Source of the DNA: Nematocida ausubeli
Lineage: Eukaryota
Assembly: GCF_000738915.1 (NCBI RefSeq)
Contig: NW_026515638.1
Coordinates: 332,882 to 396,881, forward strand
Direction: 5' to 3'
DNA length: 64,000 bases
Shown: piece after piece, positions 1 to 10,875 of the stretch
Layout of the letters: the number at the start of each line of letters is the position of its first letter
How positions within the stretch are numbered: the stretch's first letter is position 1
Notes under the pieces: generated by a model
Told to the model about the DNA's origin: nothing
Seen by the model: only the letters and a program-made list of their open reading frames with translations
Database searches by the model: none
Program-made: the position numbers and the translations under genes

Positions 1-1
1 C

Positions 2-673
2 CACCCAAGGCCATCGACTGCAGCATTCAAGGAACTGGAGACAGCTCTCTCCAGGCACACGCGCACACAAGTGGTGCTAGATCCGCAGCAGCCCTCAGTG
101 CTTTCCAACACACTAAAGGCATACTCAACAACAGATGAGCTGAAGAGCACAATTGGAGCATGGGCGACAAAGTGCATGACCCAGGCAGTCTACTCTCCCT
201 CCTCCATCGGGTGCAAGCTTCACTATGGGCTGGCAATGGAAAACTACACGCACTTTACATCCCCGATCAGAAGATACGCAGATGTAATTGTGCACAGGAT
301 ATTATACAGCGCAATTCACCGCGAGAAATACTCCCCTATCACGGAAACACGTCTGGAAAGAATCTGCGACTCGGTTAACAGATCATACAGAAATGCAAAG
401 ATGGTTGCCCGGCATGCGAACCAGCTGTACGTGCGGTATCTTATCATGAACCAAATGGTTACTGTTGTAATTGTGGGGATATCTTCTGCAAAGGTAGAGG
501 TGTATCTTCCATACTACGGAATAAACGGGATTCTGTGTCTTCCAGAGTCTCTTGCTGTTGTGGACGGGTGCATATCTGATGGGCGAAATATGAGAATAAG
601 CGTGTTCTCCTCTGTAAAGGCAGTTCTTGTGCCAGAAGTTCGAAAAGTGTTTGCCTTCAATCTTGCAGCTTAA
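2..673 (+). CDS. DIS3/RRP44-family (RNase II/RNB domain) 3'-5' exoribonuclease, C-terminal part; 5' end lies outside the window
   Basis: RNB signature HYGLAMENYTHFTSPIRRYADVIVHR followed by an S1-like region. The frame is open back to position 2 (HPRP...). DIS3 vs DIS3L2 not resolved. Confidence 0.88.
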   Translation, partial: HPRPSTAAFKELETALSRHTRTQVVLDPQQPSVLSNTLKAYSTTDELKSTIGAWATKCMTQAVYSPSSIGCKLHYGLAMENYTHFTSPIRRYADVIVHRILYSAIHREKYSPITETRLERICDSVNRSYRNAKMVARHANQLYVRYLIMNQMVTVVIVGISSAKVEVYLPYYGINGILCLPESLAVVDGCISDGRNMRISVFSSVKAVLVPEVRKVFAFNLAA

Positions 674-921
674 GTAGAAATAAATGGATACGGAACACTA
701 GGAAAAATTTATATAGCTTATAAGTACTTTTGCCTGCTAAATGCATAGCACTTTCTCCTGCTACTGCAAGAAATATTTTGGAAAATATGCTTAAGGAAAC
801 GAAAGTCAAATTACAGTAGATCAGTAATATTTTATAATTGAAGTCTTTGGTAAAGAACGAAAAATTTTGGAGAAATTTTAACTATAAATTGAAAAAAATT
901 TGCATATTCTTAACCCTTGCA

Positions 922-1872
922 ATGGCAGTAAGAAAGACACAAAACAAGAAAGAAGAAACAAATATTAAGAAACAGGAGGAGACTCATGCAGAGGAAGCTT
1001 CTAAGACAGTAGACTCCGAGGAGCAGACTGTGTCCGAGAACACCAGCAACGACTCAGCAGAAGACGCAACTGAGTCCCCAACTGAAACCGGATCCGAAGA
1101 GGAGCAAGAGTCGGGCTCTGGATCCGAGGAAGAGTCTGAGGAGTCTGTTAAGGAAGAGAAGAAGGAGGAGCCAGAAGAGACCAAGGATGAGAGAACAATC
1201 TTCATCAAGGGACTTAACTTCAGCGCCACAGAAGACGAATTAAAGGAGCTGTTCGGCCAGTTCGGAGAAATCGTCGAGGTGAGAATCCCAAGAAGCAGAG
1301 ATGGGCCAGGCGGCAAAGGCTTTGGATACGTTGAGTTTGAGAGCAAGGAGGCATGCGAGAAGAGCAGAAGCTTAAACGGAACCGACTACAATGGAAGAAC
1401 CATCGTTGTAGACATGGCCAGATCTGGACAGAAGGGAGGAGCTGCAGGAACAGAAGGCAGAGTTTTCAACAAGACAGACGACAACACAGTTTTCCTAGGA
1501 AATATTCCATTTGACGTCGACCACGACGATCTATTAGCCCACCTAAAGACATACGCAGAGGTAACCCAGATCAGAATCCCAGAGGACAGAGAGACCGGAA
1601 GACCAAAAGGATTTGCATTTGCATCCTGCGAGACACCTGAGGAGGCACGTAAACTTATTAACTCAAACATAACTTACATGGATAGAGCAATCAGAGCTCA
1701 GCCCTCAGAGAGAAAGAACAACTCAGCACCAAGAGGCGGAAACTCATTTGGAAGAAGAGACAACAACTCATTTGGAAGAAGGGACAACTCTGACAGATCA
1801 TCTGGCTTTGGAAACAAGAGAGCATGGTCATCTGAGAACAGCAGCAACAAGAAACATGTGAAATTTGAATAA
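922..1872 (+). CDS. NSR1: Nucleolin/NSR1-like nucleolar protein with two RRMs
   Basis: Acidic Ser/Glu-rich N-terminus, two RRMs (RNP1 KGFGYVEF and KGFAFASC), and an RG/FGRRD-rich tail. First ATG at 922 follows a CCC motif. Confidence 0.8.
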   Translation: MAVRKTQNKKEETNIKKQEETHAEEASKTVDSEEQTVSENTSNDSAEDATESPTETGSEEEQESGSGSEEESEESVKEEKKEEPEETKDERTIFIKGLNFSATEDELKELFGQFGEIVEVRIPRSRDGPGGKGFGYVEFESKEACEKSRSLNGTDYNGRTIVVDMARSGQKGGAAGTEGRVFNKTDDNTVFLGNIPFDVDHDDLLAHLKTYAEVTQIRIPEDRETGRPKGFAFASCETPEEARKLINSNITYMDRAIRAQPSERKNNSAPRGGNSFGRRDNNSFGRRDNSDRSSGFGNKRAWSSENSSNKKHVKFE

Positions 1873-2126
1873 ATAATCGCATCTATTTATTTTCTGGACG
1901 TAAGATATTCTTTTTTGTGCCTGCTTTTTCAAGCGAAAGAATAATTGGAATGGCGATAACTGTTACAGCGGTTAGCACTGAGGAAAGTATGCAGAGAACG
2001 CTCTGGGCTCTCTCTTGCAGCTGAAAATTTTTCATGTTTTATTCGGTACTTGCATATTTATTCATTGGCATAATTTAAAACAGGGACCTAACCATCTTCT
2101 AATCCCAAAAAGCACAGCTAGGCATC

Positions 2127-2402
2127 ATGGCGGCATTAAAGTCAATGGGTGTGTATCTTTTCTGGGTGTTCCAGGCGTTCTTCTTTGGCGCTCTATCTTA
2201 TTGTGTGTGGTCATTTCTAAACACGGATCCTACAAAGACCTTGAGATATAGGGGGTGCAAGTCAAACGCGTCCAGAGAAAACTACAATTACTCGCTGCAC
2301 AAATTCATGCAGACGCTAGACAAACAGCATATAGGCGTGAGCATTGATACTGCTGAAGACTACATGACATCTGATATGTGGGTTTCAGAGACAGAGCATT
2401 AG
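2127..2402 (+). CDS. Small single-pass membrane protein, unknown function (91 aa)
   Basis: ATG-started ORF with a hydrophobic segment at aa 9-31 and AATAAA ~30 nt after the stop. Confidence 0.6.
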   Translation: MAALKSMGVYLFWVFQAFFFGALSYCVWSFLNTDPTKTLRYRGCKSNASRENYNYSLHKFMQTLDKQHIGVSIDTAEDYMTSDMWVSETEH

Positions 2403-3298
2403 TGTTGATGCATGCACTGTGTACACAAATAATAAAGAGGTGCAAAATCACATTTAGTCTTCATTTTCTTGATATACTAGCCATAAGAATGCTATTATAT
2501 AGAAGCCTTTTATATATGAAAGCTACAGGTAATCTTTTTAAGTAGCATTCAATATTCTAAATACTTTTATTTTGGAGAAGCTGGAGCACATTCTTATGCT
2601 AATGATAAATTGAGTAAATATAATTGCATAATAGGGAATTCCAGATAATCACGCGTGATCACTCAAAAATATATTAAGAGTGCATATGAAAACTAGTAGT
2701 TCAGTTTTGTTTTGGCAGAGAATTAATATTAATAAACCCCCTAGGCCATATATAAGAAAATATCCAAATATTTCTATCTTGCTGGGAGTTTAGTGGCACT
2801 GAAAAATACTCAGCATAGACTGTATAGGTATGCTATACAGCAATAGCCTATATGCATTCTCAATTTATGCAGTGGCATATGCTAGAAAATGCACTCAGCA
2901 GCAAAGAGTATTTTCATACATACAAGATGGCTTCTTATAATAAAATAATTAAGAGGTTACACCAATCATACTAAGTAAATGCATCTGTATCTTGTCACAG
3001 CTATAATCTTTGCTAAATTTTCTACAGACATAAAAATATACACAGACGTACAAATATACACATAACATAGAATAAGAATTAGAATCTGCACTGCATGCAA
3101 ATATAACCTGAATTATGCTCTAGTATAGAAGCAATAACTACACTAATTTTATATAGCACTTTTACATAGCACTTTTATACAACATCTCAATGAAAATATT
3201 ATTCTATTTTATTCCTTGCAATGCACACATATAGACATATTTCTATTTAATACAAGAATTTATTTGGCATAATAATCAGCATACAGAGTCTTATTTGA

Positions 3299-3670
3299 TC
3301 AGCTCTTATTTATATAGCTTGTACTTATGGATATCTCTTGAAGAAGCACGCATGAGTCTAGAAGTTCGTCTATTGGCATCTCACTTGGCTTCTCCTTAGT
3401 AGCCTCGCTCTCAAAGGCAAATTCAGGAAGGCCTTCATGATAGAGTGATGCACCTCTGCCTTTGTATATCTGCATTATCTTATTATACAGCGCGCAGTAC
3501 TCTTCTAAAAATTCCATTGTTCCTAGCTTGGCCACTAAAGAAACAAAGGCATTTTTAATTTCCTCATTTTTGTTGATGTGCAAATCAAAGGAGATGCTTC
3601 CCAATACCTCAAGATCTGCCATGTCAGACTTTTCTCTTTCTTTAGTATAGAGAGGCAGTGCCTTAAGCAT
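3299..3670 (-). CDS. Hypothetical protein (123 aa)
   Basis: ATG-started ORF with globular composition, co-oriented and tightly packed with its neighbours. Confidence 0.6.
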   Translation of the reverse strand: MLKALPLYTKEREKSDMADLEVLGSISFDLHINKNEEIKNAFVSLVAKLGTMEFLEEYCALYNKIMQIYKGRGASLYHEGLPEFAFESEATKEKPSEMPIDELLDSCVLLQEISISTSYINKS

Positions 3671-3722
3671 TATTGTGTTTACTCCTTTTCCTTATATGCA
3701 TTCTAATGTTTGTTGATCTCAG

Positions 3723-4091
3723 TTACTTTGGTTGTTTTTGAAACTGAACCTTTTTCCAAAACTCAATAGCCTCCAGAGTTCTGTACATTTCTTCGCTGAA
3801 AGTGCTTCTTCTAACAGACTTGGCATGCAGCCGCGCTCTTGGGATTCGCTCCAGAGTGCACACCACGTGCACTGGGTAGTTCTTCTCAATGCTCTCGTCA
3901 ATTTCCTTCAGAAGCACTGGATGATTTGTTTGTATTTGAATTCCTGAAAAGGAGTCAAAGAGAATTGCACTGCTTCTAGTCCGCCGAATTATCTTTCCTG
4001 TCAATGCCACCTCCCTAATTCCATTTAGGTCTCGCAGCTGCCCCTTTCGCAGTATGCGCCTCACCAAAAAAGACGGAAGTGTAAGAATCAT
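3723..4091 (-). CDS. Single OB-fold protein, RPA32/STN1/RMI2-like
   Basis: OB-fold pattern VALTGKII...ILFDSFSGIQI...VHVVCTL...LHAKSVR followed by the C-terminal helix EEMYRTLEAIEFW. Confidence 0.6.
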   Translation of the reverse strand: MILTLPSFLVRRILRKGQLRDLNGIREVALTGKIIRRTRSSAILFDSFSGIQIQTNHPVLLKEIDESIEKNYPVHVVCTLERIPRARLHAKSVRRSTFSEEMYRTLEAIEFWKKVQFQKQPK

Positions 4092-4290
4092 GTAGAATAA
4101 AAATATAATTTATTTATGCATTGCATAAGCATATCCCCTCTTTTGCAAAGACTGGGTATTTGCATGCATACAATCCTGCACCAAGACATCACAGTATAAA
4201 TAGAGCTTAAATTTAGTGCAGCAGTTTTTATGAATTTCCTCTCTCTAAAATGCAGATACAAGATGTTACGCGTAGCTCTGCAGATTTGGG

Positions 4291-5031
4291 TTATATTCTA
4301 TCTACACTTATTTCATCTGAGTTCACTTTCAATACGTATTGCAGGCCATTTGGTGTTTTAGGCCTTACCATTCGCATCATGTGCACACCTGGAATTGGTG
4401 TTTTTTCTATGTAAAATGCAGTTGGCATGCAGCTGTCCCATGAATTGTTGTGCACTGTTGACCTGGGCGTGTCTTTTTTGGAGAACCTCTGGGTGGCAAT
4501 GTATGTGTTTAGGTTGTATTTGCTGCTTTCTGTCTCTTCATCCTCTATTGCGCAATATGCACTGAAGGCACTATTTGCAAACATTCCGCCCAAGAGCCTC
4601 TTAGCCAATGAACTGTTTGAATATCCAGGCCTTACATTTGTTATAACTATGCTCTTTACACTGTGCGTGATATACATCATCTTTAAATGCTTTACCAGCT
4701 CAAGACAGCTCTTTGTGTCTTCTTGATGGTCTGCAGTGGTCAGATCATCTAGCTTATTAATTATAAGAAGCTTTATCTTGTGGGTTTCTATGAAGTTATG
4801 TATTTCTTTTGTTTGCAGCTTATTCACTAATAAATAGATGTTTAGCACTTTGCAAATATGCATGCTATTTAAGTCAATGTGCATTAATTCAGCTCTCTTA
4901 GTGCATGTTCTTTTGCAAGACTCTATCCACAGCGAGTTTGTGCTCTTTGCTATATAAAAACAAAACTCAGCACTTCCTGAATTCTTTTCTCCATAAAGCT
5001 CTGAAATAATAGGAAGTCTTTCAATGTCCAT
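4291..5031 (-). CDS. RecA/Rad51-paralog-like protein with degenerate ATPase motifs
   Basis: ISELYGEKNSGSAEFC (Walker A position), IKLLIINKL (Walker B position) and VKSIVITNV (cf. Rad51 VAVVITNQV). Confidence 0.6.
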   Translation of the reverse strand: MDIERLPIISELYGEKNSGSAEFCFYIAKSTNSLWIESCKRTCTKRAELMHIDLNSMHICKVLNIYLLVNKLQTKEIHNFIETHKIKLLIINKLDDLTTADHQEDTKSCLELVKHLKMMYITHSVKSIVITNVRPGYSNSSLAKRLLGGMFANSAFSAYCAIEDEETESSKYNLNTYIATQRFSKKDTPRSTVHNNSWDSCMPTAFYIEKTPIPGVHMMRMVRPKTPNGLQYVLKVNSDEISVDRI

Positions 5032-5043
5032 GCATATAAAATT

Positions 5044-5472
5044 TTATTCTTTGCGTATTTTTTCTTCTCTTCTAAAGAAGCCTTCTAGCTTTGGAAATGC
5101 CAAGAAAGCTGTGATAGTAGTTAAGACTATTGCCCCACACATAGCGATGATCTTTTCTGGCACGCCGTTGTAGACTGTATCTGAGTGCAGAATTATTCTG
5201 TATCCGGCTGGATATACAATACTCTTATCTCTGTATATTGTTGGGAATGCAGTCTGCACTGCTCCTGTTATGTACACACACTCGCTGGTTTCGTCTATTT
5301 CTATTTCTTCATCAGTGCCTAGATAGGATATCTTCCATCTGCTGCCTGTGCAGTTCACATTAAGGTCTGTCTCATTACACACAACCCTTTTTACTCCTGC
5401 TGTGTGATAGTTGTCCGCTGCTACACTGCACAGAGAGATACAAACTGCAAGAAGGATCAATAATCGAGCCAT
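5044..5472 (-). CDS. Type I membrane protein with signal peptide (142 aa)
   Basis: N-terminal signal peptide MARLLILLAVCISLCSVAA, a C-terminal TM helix and a basic cytosolic tail. Confidence 0.7.
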   Translation of the reverse strand: MARLLILLAVCISLCSVAADNYHTAGVKRVVCNETDLNVNCTGSRWKISYLGTDEEIEIDETSECVYITGAVQTAFPTIYRDKSIVYPAGYRIILHSDTVYNGVPEKIIAMCGAIVLTTITAFLAFPKLEGFFRREEKIRKE

Positions 5473-5525
5473 TTTATTGAAAGACGAATATTGAATGTTT
5501 AATAAATATGTTAATTAAAGACAAT

Positions 5526-6047
5526 TTATTCGTAACCAGGTGTTATTTGCCTAACTCCTGTTCCGTGCCCTGCCTGTGTTGCTCCTTTGTTTGTGCCCAT
5601 CTGAACGCTTATTATTTTCTTACCCATCTCTAGCTGCTCTGGAGTGAACTCTCGCACATTTGGATTTGCAAGCTTAGGCCCAATGATTTTGAATTTGGAG
5701 TTTGGGAATCTTTTTTTAAGATTTCTGCTAAGAGAGTAAAGACATATTGCAACCTGTTTTGGGTTTCTCTTCTCCTCGTGCACTAAGTCAACTGTCTGGA
5801 ATAGCTCGCTGTCAAGCACTCCTATCTCCTTGGCTGCTCTCAAAAATAAATCAATGTTCTCCATTCTTTTAAATACAATAGAGGATGGCTTGGCTTTGCA
5901 CTTGTTTGGTATAAATGCATTTATCAAATCGCAAAGAACTATTCCATCCGCCAGCAGATCCATCAAATTGTCTGTCTTCTCGTTTATCTTCAGAGAAAGA
6001 ATGCCCTTGATCCATGTAAGAAGCTCAACTTCGCTTGACCTATGCAT
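5526..6047 (-). CDS. SCP1: Calponin/transgelin (SCP1-like) actin-binding protein
   Basis: CH domain (LADGIVLCDLIN, MENIDLFL, LFQTVDL) plus a calponin repeat ISVQMGTNKGATQAG. Confidence 0.9.
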   Translation of the reverse strand: MHRSSEVELLTWIKGILSLKINEKTDNLMDLLADGIVLCDLINAFIPNKCKAKPSSIVFKRMENIDLFLRAAKEIGVLDSELFQTVDLVHEEKRNPKQVAICLYSLSRNLKKRFPNSKFKIIGPKLANPNVREFTPEQLEMGKKIISVQMGTNKGATQAGHGTGVRQITPGYE

Positions 6048-6728
6048 ATAACAAAGAAAAAAATAGAATATTTATACGATAAAATGCCAAGGATATTGTT
6101 TATTAAATATCGAAATGACATTAAAATAGTTTTGCGCTTGAACAGCGTCTTTAGAAGTGAGATCTTCTTCGTACATGCTGACTTCTAATATATAAGAATC
6201 TGCGGCCCACCAAATGAACCTTCATTCCATAATGCGTCTTGTTGAGCTAATTAATTTTTCTTCTCACAGTATAAAAAATGTCGTCATAAGAATTCTAGCT
6301 ACTATTATTCAATCTGTGGAACTCGGGTGGTATGGCCTTTCTACTAATATTAAGTGTATTATGCACTGCACAGAAGAATAAAGTGAATTCAGGTTATATG
6401 AGGTTCACTTTCTGGTACTTTGAAGCCTTTTTGCGTTCCTTGTATCTATGCTTTTGCAATTATAAGAGCTAAGTTACTTTTCTTTGAATTACAGCACAGC
6501 CCTGCATAGTTGCCTATTGGGCTATCATGCTTGCACACATGTATAAATACACTATTAATAGCTAGATTAGTAGATCCTCTTGTATAGAATTGACTATATT
6601 CTGCACTGCGTACATGTGGCGTAAAATAAAATAAAAGCTGTAGCACAGAAGGTTTGATTTATTCAACTATTAAGAAGACTATTATATGAATACGCATATA
6701 GACAGTTTTCAGCAACTAAATGCTCTTA

Positions 6729-7529
6729 TTAAACAGTTGAAAATGCAGCTGAAAAATAGCGAAAGAAGCCAAAGTAAAGATTTAGCACTGACCCGACATA
6801 TCCTGTAATAGCTACTAGCGCCAACCCAAGCATTATAGCATGCATAGCATGCATAAAATAGCTTTCATTTTCTTTTTTCCTTGTGTGAATTATTTGTAGA
6901 AGAGTTATTATTTCAAACCCACCATATACATAGAAGATTAGTATGTTCATTGCTAGCAGAAGTGGAGCATCCAGGATTTTTGGCGCAATAAATCTCAATA
7001 TTTGCTTGCTATACATGATATAGAAATTGCTTGCCAGAACAGCAAGCATAACCGTTCCTGTCAAAAGCGATATGAATGTTACAAGCTTTTTGTTTTTATA
7101 TACCTGCCGGGCCAAAATTGTATTTACCATTGCATAGTAGAGAACTAGGAAAAATGGCAGGATTATAAGCGTGCTCTTTAGAAGATGGCATGAACCACTA
7201 GCTCCTTTCAAGCCCCACTTGGCAATGCTTGTTGCTGATTCTACTTTTTTCTCTATAGATAAACCTATGGTGTCAAACACGCTGGCTCCTGCTAGCAAAG
7301 TGTCCTGAATTAATACATTTGATCCTATTGAGCTTACAATGCTATTTACTACATGTGATTTTTTTGCATATTCAATAAATGGCTCTACTATAACATTCTC
7401 TATATATGGGTCTATTGTTTTCTTTGCTACGCTTTTTATTACAACATCTTGGATCTTATACACTCCGTATTTAACTAACGAAGCCACCACTGAAATATGT
7501 GCAGGCCATGATCTTAATATGCTATCCAT
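6729..7529 (-). CDS. Multi-pass membrane protein, lineage-specific (266 aa)
   Basis: About 4 hydrophobic helices in the C-terminal half; GGG/CCC motif next to the ATG. Confidence 0.7.
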   Translation of the reverse strand: MDSILRSWPAHISVVASLVKYGVYKIQDVVIKSVAKKTIDPYIENVIVEPFIEYAKKSHVVNSIVSSIGSNVLIQDTLLAGASVFDTIGLSIEKKVESATSIAKWGLKGASGSCHLLKSTLIILPFFLVLYYAMVNTILARQVYKNKKLVTFISLLTGTVMLAVLASNFYIMYSKQILRFIAPKILDAPLLLAMNILIFYVYGGFEIITLLQIIHTRKKENESYFMHAMHAIMLGLALVAITGYVGSVLNLYFGFFRYFSAAFSTV

Positions 7530-8810
7530 TTCCCTAGGGGAAGCAGAGCAGTTGTTTTATTGATTCTTTTTGCCCAACTTCCAATTAAAAAAGACCTTTA
7601 AGCTGGTGTGCTTTTTTCTCTTAAAGCTAGCCTAAATGGCTTGTAGCATGGAAAAAGAGAATATGCATTTGGCAATGAAACATCAACAGCAACATGTATA
7701 TAGCCTGATACACAGAACAGAAGGTTCTAATATATATTATACATGCCAATGTATAATAAACATGCCAAAGTGATAAGAATGAATTAAGGCATGCTAAAGC
7801 TTGCACTACGCTCTATGCATAAAAGTGTTTTAGTATAAGAATTACTTTGAGCGTGTAAAAAAAAGATATTTTGCCATTGTGTTTATTAGTTATATGCACA
7901 CCATTATTATCACAATGTGGGCCTGCGCCCGGGTATATTATTACAGTAATTATGTTGCGGGAGAGATCCTGTCGCTAGCTGTTTGAGCTATAATAGAACT
8001 TTGGTATTCTTATGCATAGCATAAATAGTTCTACTCAAATGCTAGAAGAGGGATATCCCTCAAGGAGCTCTGATGTTTCTGCATAGGGCTTCTTAAATAG
8101 TTTGAAAATCAGATGTATCATCTTTTAAATGGTCTATTTTGCAGCCCGAAACATACCTTGTATGTAGGAAAATTGATCTACTACCGTCTGTTTTGTATGT
8201 CCATCTGTCTGCGTAAGCCTTTCTAGATGAAACAGAAGCTGTGTGGCCTGTTTATGCTGCGTGCGTTCCATGCGCAGTGAGCAGGATTTTCCAGCATGCC
8301 AATTCACATATGGCCCGCAGTGTGTATATAAACTTAGTTACACTAAACTAAATTATAATTCATTTCTTGTTCTCTATTTATAGATCTCTAGCTTACAGTT
8401 AGTACACATTATTCTTATATAAATTGAGATAAAAGATAAGAGTATCGCACGGAGTGTCAATACAGCCCAACCACTACGATTGCTGTCATGTAAACAAGCA
8501 GAGCCCCTATAGCATACTTAATAATCCAGCCAAAACTTGAAAGTCAATAGCCAATATTATTCTAATTTTCTGAACTAAGTAAAGGGCTTCATGCTACCAA
8601 GACAAAGAAAACCAACATCTATATTTCAGAAATAAAGTAGCTACCACTTGGGCTATGCCTCTAGATTAAAGAATAGCCTGCAGGCTTCCAAAACATGCTC
8701 TTGAAACTATAAATAGATGGCACTTATGTTCTTTATTTAAACACCTTACTCTAAAAATCTCTAGACATAGAATAGCACTTGCCTTTATGCATGGCTAGAG
8801 CACGGCGTAT

Positions 8811-10493
8811 TCAACCTCTTTTTGTCTTCTGAAATTTGGCTTTGGGTTGGGGAGATGGAAAGGATAAGCAGAAGAAAAGCATACTTCTAAATAAAACCAT
8901 GAAACATACTAAACCTGCCGTTCCTGCACTTGTGCTATGCCTATATAAACAAGAAATAAGCACGGCCCACACAGCCACATATATTCCTATTTTTCGATCC
9001 CCCCTAGTAGAGTTTCCCAATACATTTCGTACTCCTGTAATAACTTCAATAATCTCCTGCATTCTTCCATCTGTAAAGTTGTTGTTGACATACCTTTTCC
9101 CGCTGCTTATCGCATCCTGGATCAGGCCCTTTATGGTTCGCACGCCGTGCTCTGTCAGGTCGTTCTTCAGCGCTATGGTTCCTGTGTATTGCATGGAGAG
9201 CATGTTTGCATTGCTATTCCAGAGCTGGCCAAACTTTTTAACTGAGCTCTCGCTTAAATAGTCGTCGATGTCAAGAATGTCTCCGTTTTTTAAAATCCCG
9301 GTGAGCCCAAGCAGCTCTACTAGCCGAATCTTCGCAAGCTGCGATTGGACCACGTTTGTTCGGTCTAAGCAGTCAACGCAGTTTGTTCTTGCTATGCATC
9401 GATTCGATAGCACCTCCTTTAGGCTTTTCTTGAACTCTTTCTTTTCCTCTGAGTTTTTCACCATCTTATGGTAGTCTACTGCTAGATACATGCATCCTGT
9501 CTCCTTTAGAGAGGCTATAAATTTGCTGTTCAGCTCTCTCTCATGGCCTTTAGTGTCTAGCAAAGTGACAAAGAAATATCTTCCATACCTTCTTTGCAAA
9601 ACACTCAAGTGCTTTGAGAACAAATGTCTGCTTAGGTCTGAGCTTCCCATTTTAATGGGTGGCTTATACGACAAATCGATTTTTTGCTCCCAGGACAAAG
9701 GAATAGACCCTCTGCACTGCAGAAACTCATAAGAATTCTCTTCTGTCTCTGCAATCAGCAGTGTTTCTACTGTGTTGGCAGCATCCCCATTTGGGTCTGA
9801 GCCCCTCGCATAATAGCGGGTTCCTGCATTTCTCCAGGATCTTCTACTTATAAGAGTGCACTCCAGATTTACTTCTCCAGAAAGACTTGCCTGCCCAAAG
9901 AATCCTTGGATGAGCTCCACCCCAAACTCGCACGCCTTGGGGTTGTTCTGCCTAAATTTTGAGAGCGGTATGAAGTTGTAAATAAAATCCGTGTTCTCCT
10001 TTAGAAGAGACCCAACGTTTCCTAGCGGATACTCTGAGAAGAACAGGCCAGGCATCTTAAAAAACTCATTGAACACCTCTTTCATCTGCGGGTCATCCAG
10101 CCCATCTATGCATATGCTCCCGCACTCAAGCACCTCGTATACATCCTTTCCTTTTAGCTTTCCAGCCACTCTTCTTTCTTTTATATAGACTAAATAGGTG
10201 CCGTCATTAATGTCTATTTCGCCAAAGATCCCGAAAAACGGCTTCTTTACTCCAGACTTTTCATCACTTACTGTGGGAACAGGCGTGTTGCTTATGCTTT
10301 TTGCCTTTTCTCGCACAGTCATCCCTCTGCTTCTTCCTGCGCTCTGTCTTTTTCCCTTACTATGGTGTCTTTTCTTAATTTCTTGCACTATCTTGGTCCC
10401 CTCGACTGAGTCTTCATTCCCGTCTTTTCTAACCGATGTTAGCTCCACCGCGTCTTGCTTCTCTTCTATGTATTGAGTGACTAGGCCCCGCAT
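8811..10493 (-). CDS. SAC1: SAC1 phosphoinositide phosphatase
   Basis: LISRRS..AGTRY..RG, RGSIPLSW, catalytic RTNCVDCLDRTNVVQ, and two C-terminal TM segments. Confidence 0.93.
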   Translation of the reverse strand: MRGLVTQYIEEKQDAVELTSVRKDGNEDSVEGTKIVQEIKKRHHSKGKRQSAGRSRGMTVREKAKSISNTPVPTVSDEKSGVKKPFFGIFGEIDINDGTYLVYIKERRVAGKLKGKDVYEVLECGSICIDGLDDPQMKEVFNEFFKMPGLFFSEYPLGNVGSLLKENTDFIYNFIPLSKFRQNNPKACEFGVELIQGFFGQASLSGEVNLECTLISRRSWRNAGTRYYARGSDPNGDAANTVETLLIAETEENSYEFLQCRGSIPLSWEQKIDLSYKPPIKMGSSDLSRHLFSKHLSVLQRRYGRYFFVTLLDTKGHERELNSKFIASLKETGCMYLAVDYHKMVKNSEEKKEFKKSLKEVLSNRCIARTNCVDCLDRTNVVQSQLAKIRLVELLGLTGILKNGDILDIDDYLSESSVKKFGQLWNSNANMLSMQYTGTIALKNDLTEHGVRTIKGLIQDAISSGKRYVNNNFTDGRMQEIIEVITGVRNVLGNSTRGDRKIGIYVAVWAVLISCLYRHSTSAGTAGLVCFMVLFRSMLFFCLSFPSPQPKAKFQKTKRG

Positions 10494-10499
10494 AACAAA

Positions 10500-10817
10500 T
10501 TAAAATTCAAATCGATTAAATTCTCCCTGTAAAACCTTCTGTCTAAACATGCTTGCTGCTTCTTGTATCTCCTGCACTTCATTCTCCTCGCTTGCAAAAA
10601 CACACATGACCTTGTATCCGTTCTCCAGAAGTACCCCGCTTACCTTTCTTCCATTGTACTCTACTATTTTGATAAATAGATCCTTCTTTGCACCCCTCGT
10701 TCCATAGTCCATTATCTCCACAGCTGAGTGCACGAGCATTCTGTTTATTCCCTCTGTCTCGGACTCGTAGAGCAGATCGTTCCTATGGCTGTATACTGCA
10801 GTGTATAAAGATGGCAT
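10500..10817 (-). CDS. Sedlin-family (TRAPPC2/TRAPPC2L) TRAPP small subunit
   Basis: Longin-like pattern: NDLLYE, LVHSAVEIMD, KVSGVLLENGYKVMCVF. Confidence 0.6.
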   Translation of the reverse strand: MPSLYTAVYSHRNDLLYESETEGINRMLVHSAVEIMDYGTRGAKKDLFIKIVEYNGRKVSGVLLENGYKVMCVFASEENEVQEIQEAASMFRQKVLQGEFNRFEF

Positions 10818-10854
10818 GATTGGTCCTCTCTATTTTTTATTTATTATTTTCTCA

Positions 10855-10875
10855 TAAATTCACCCCTGCTAATAG
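10855..10875 (+). promoter_or_regulatory. Microsporidian-type AAATT + CCC motif before the beta-tubulin ATG, inside a 58-nt divergent spacer
   Basis: TAAATTCACCCCTGCTAATAG directly precedes the ATG. Similar motifs precede the ATGs at 922, 18499 and 29922. Confidence 0.5.
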
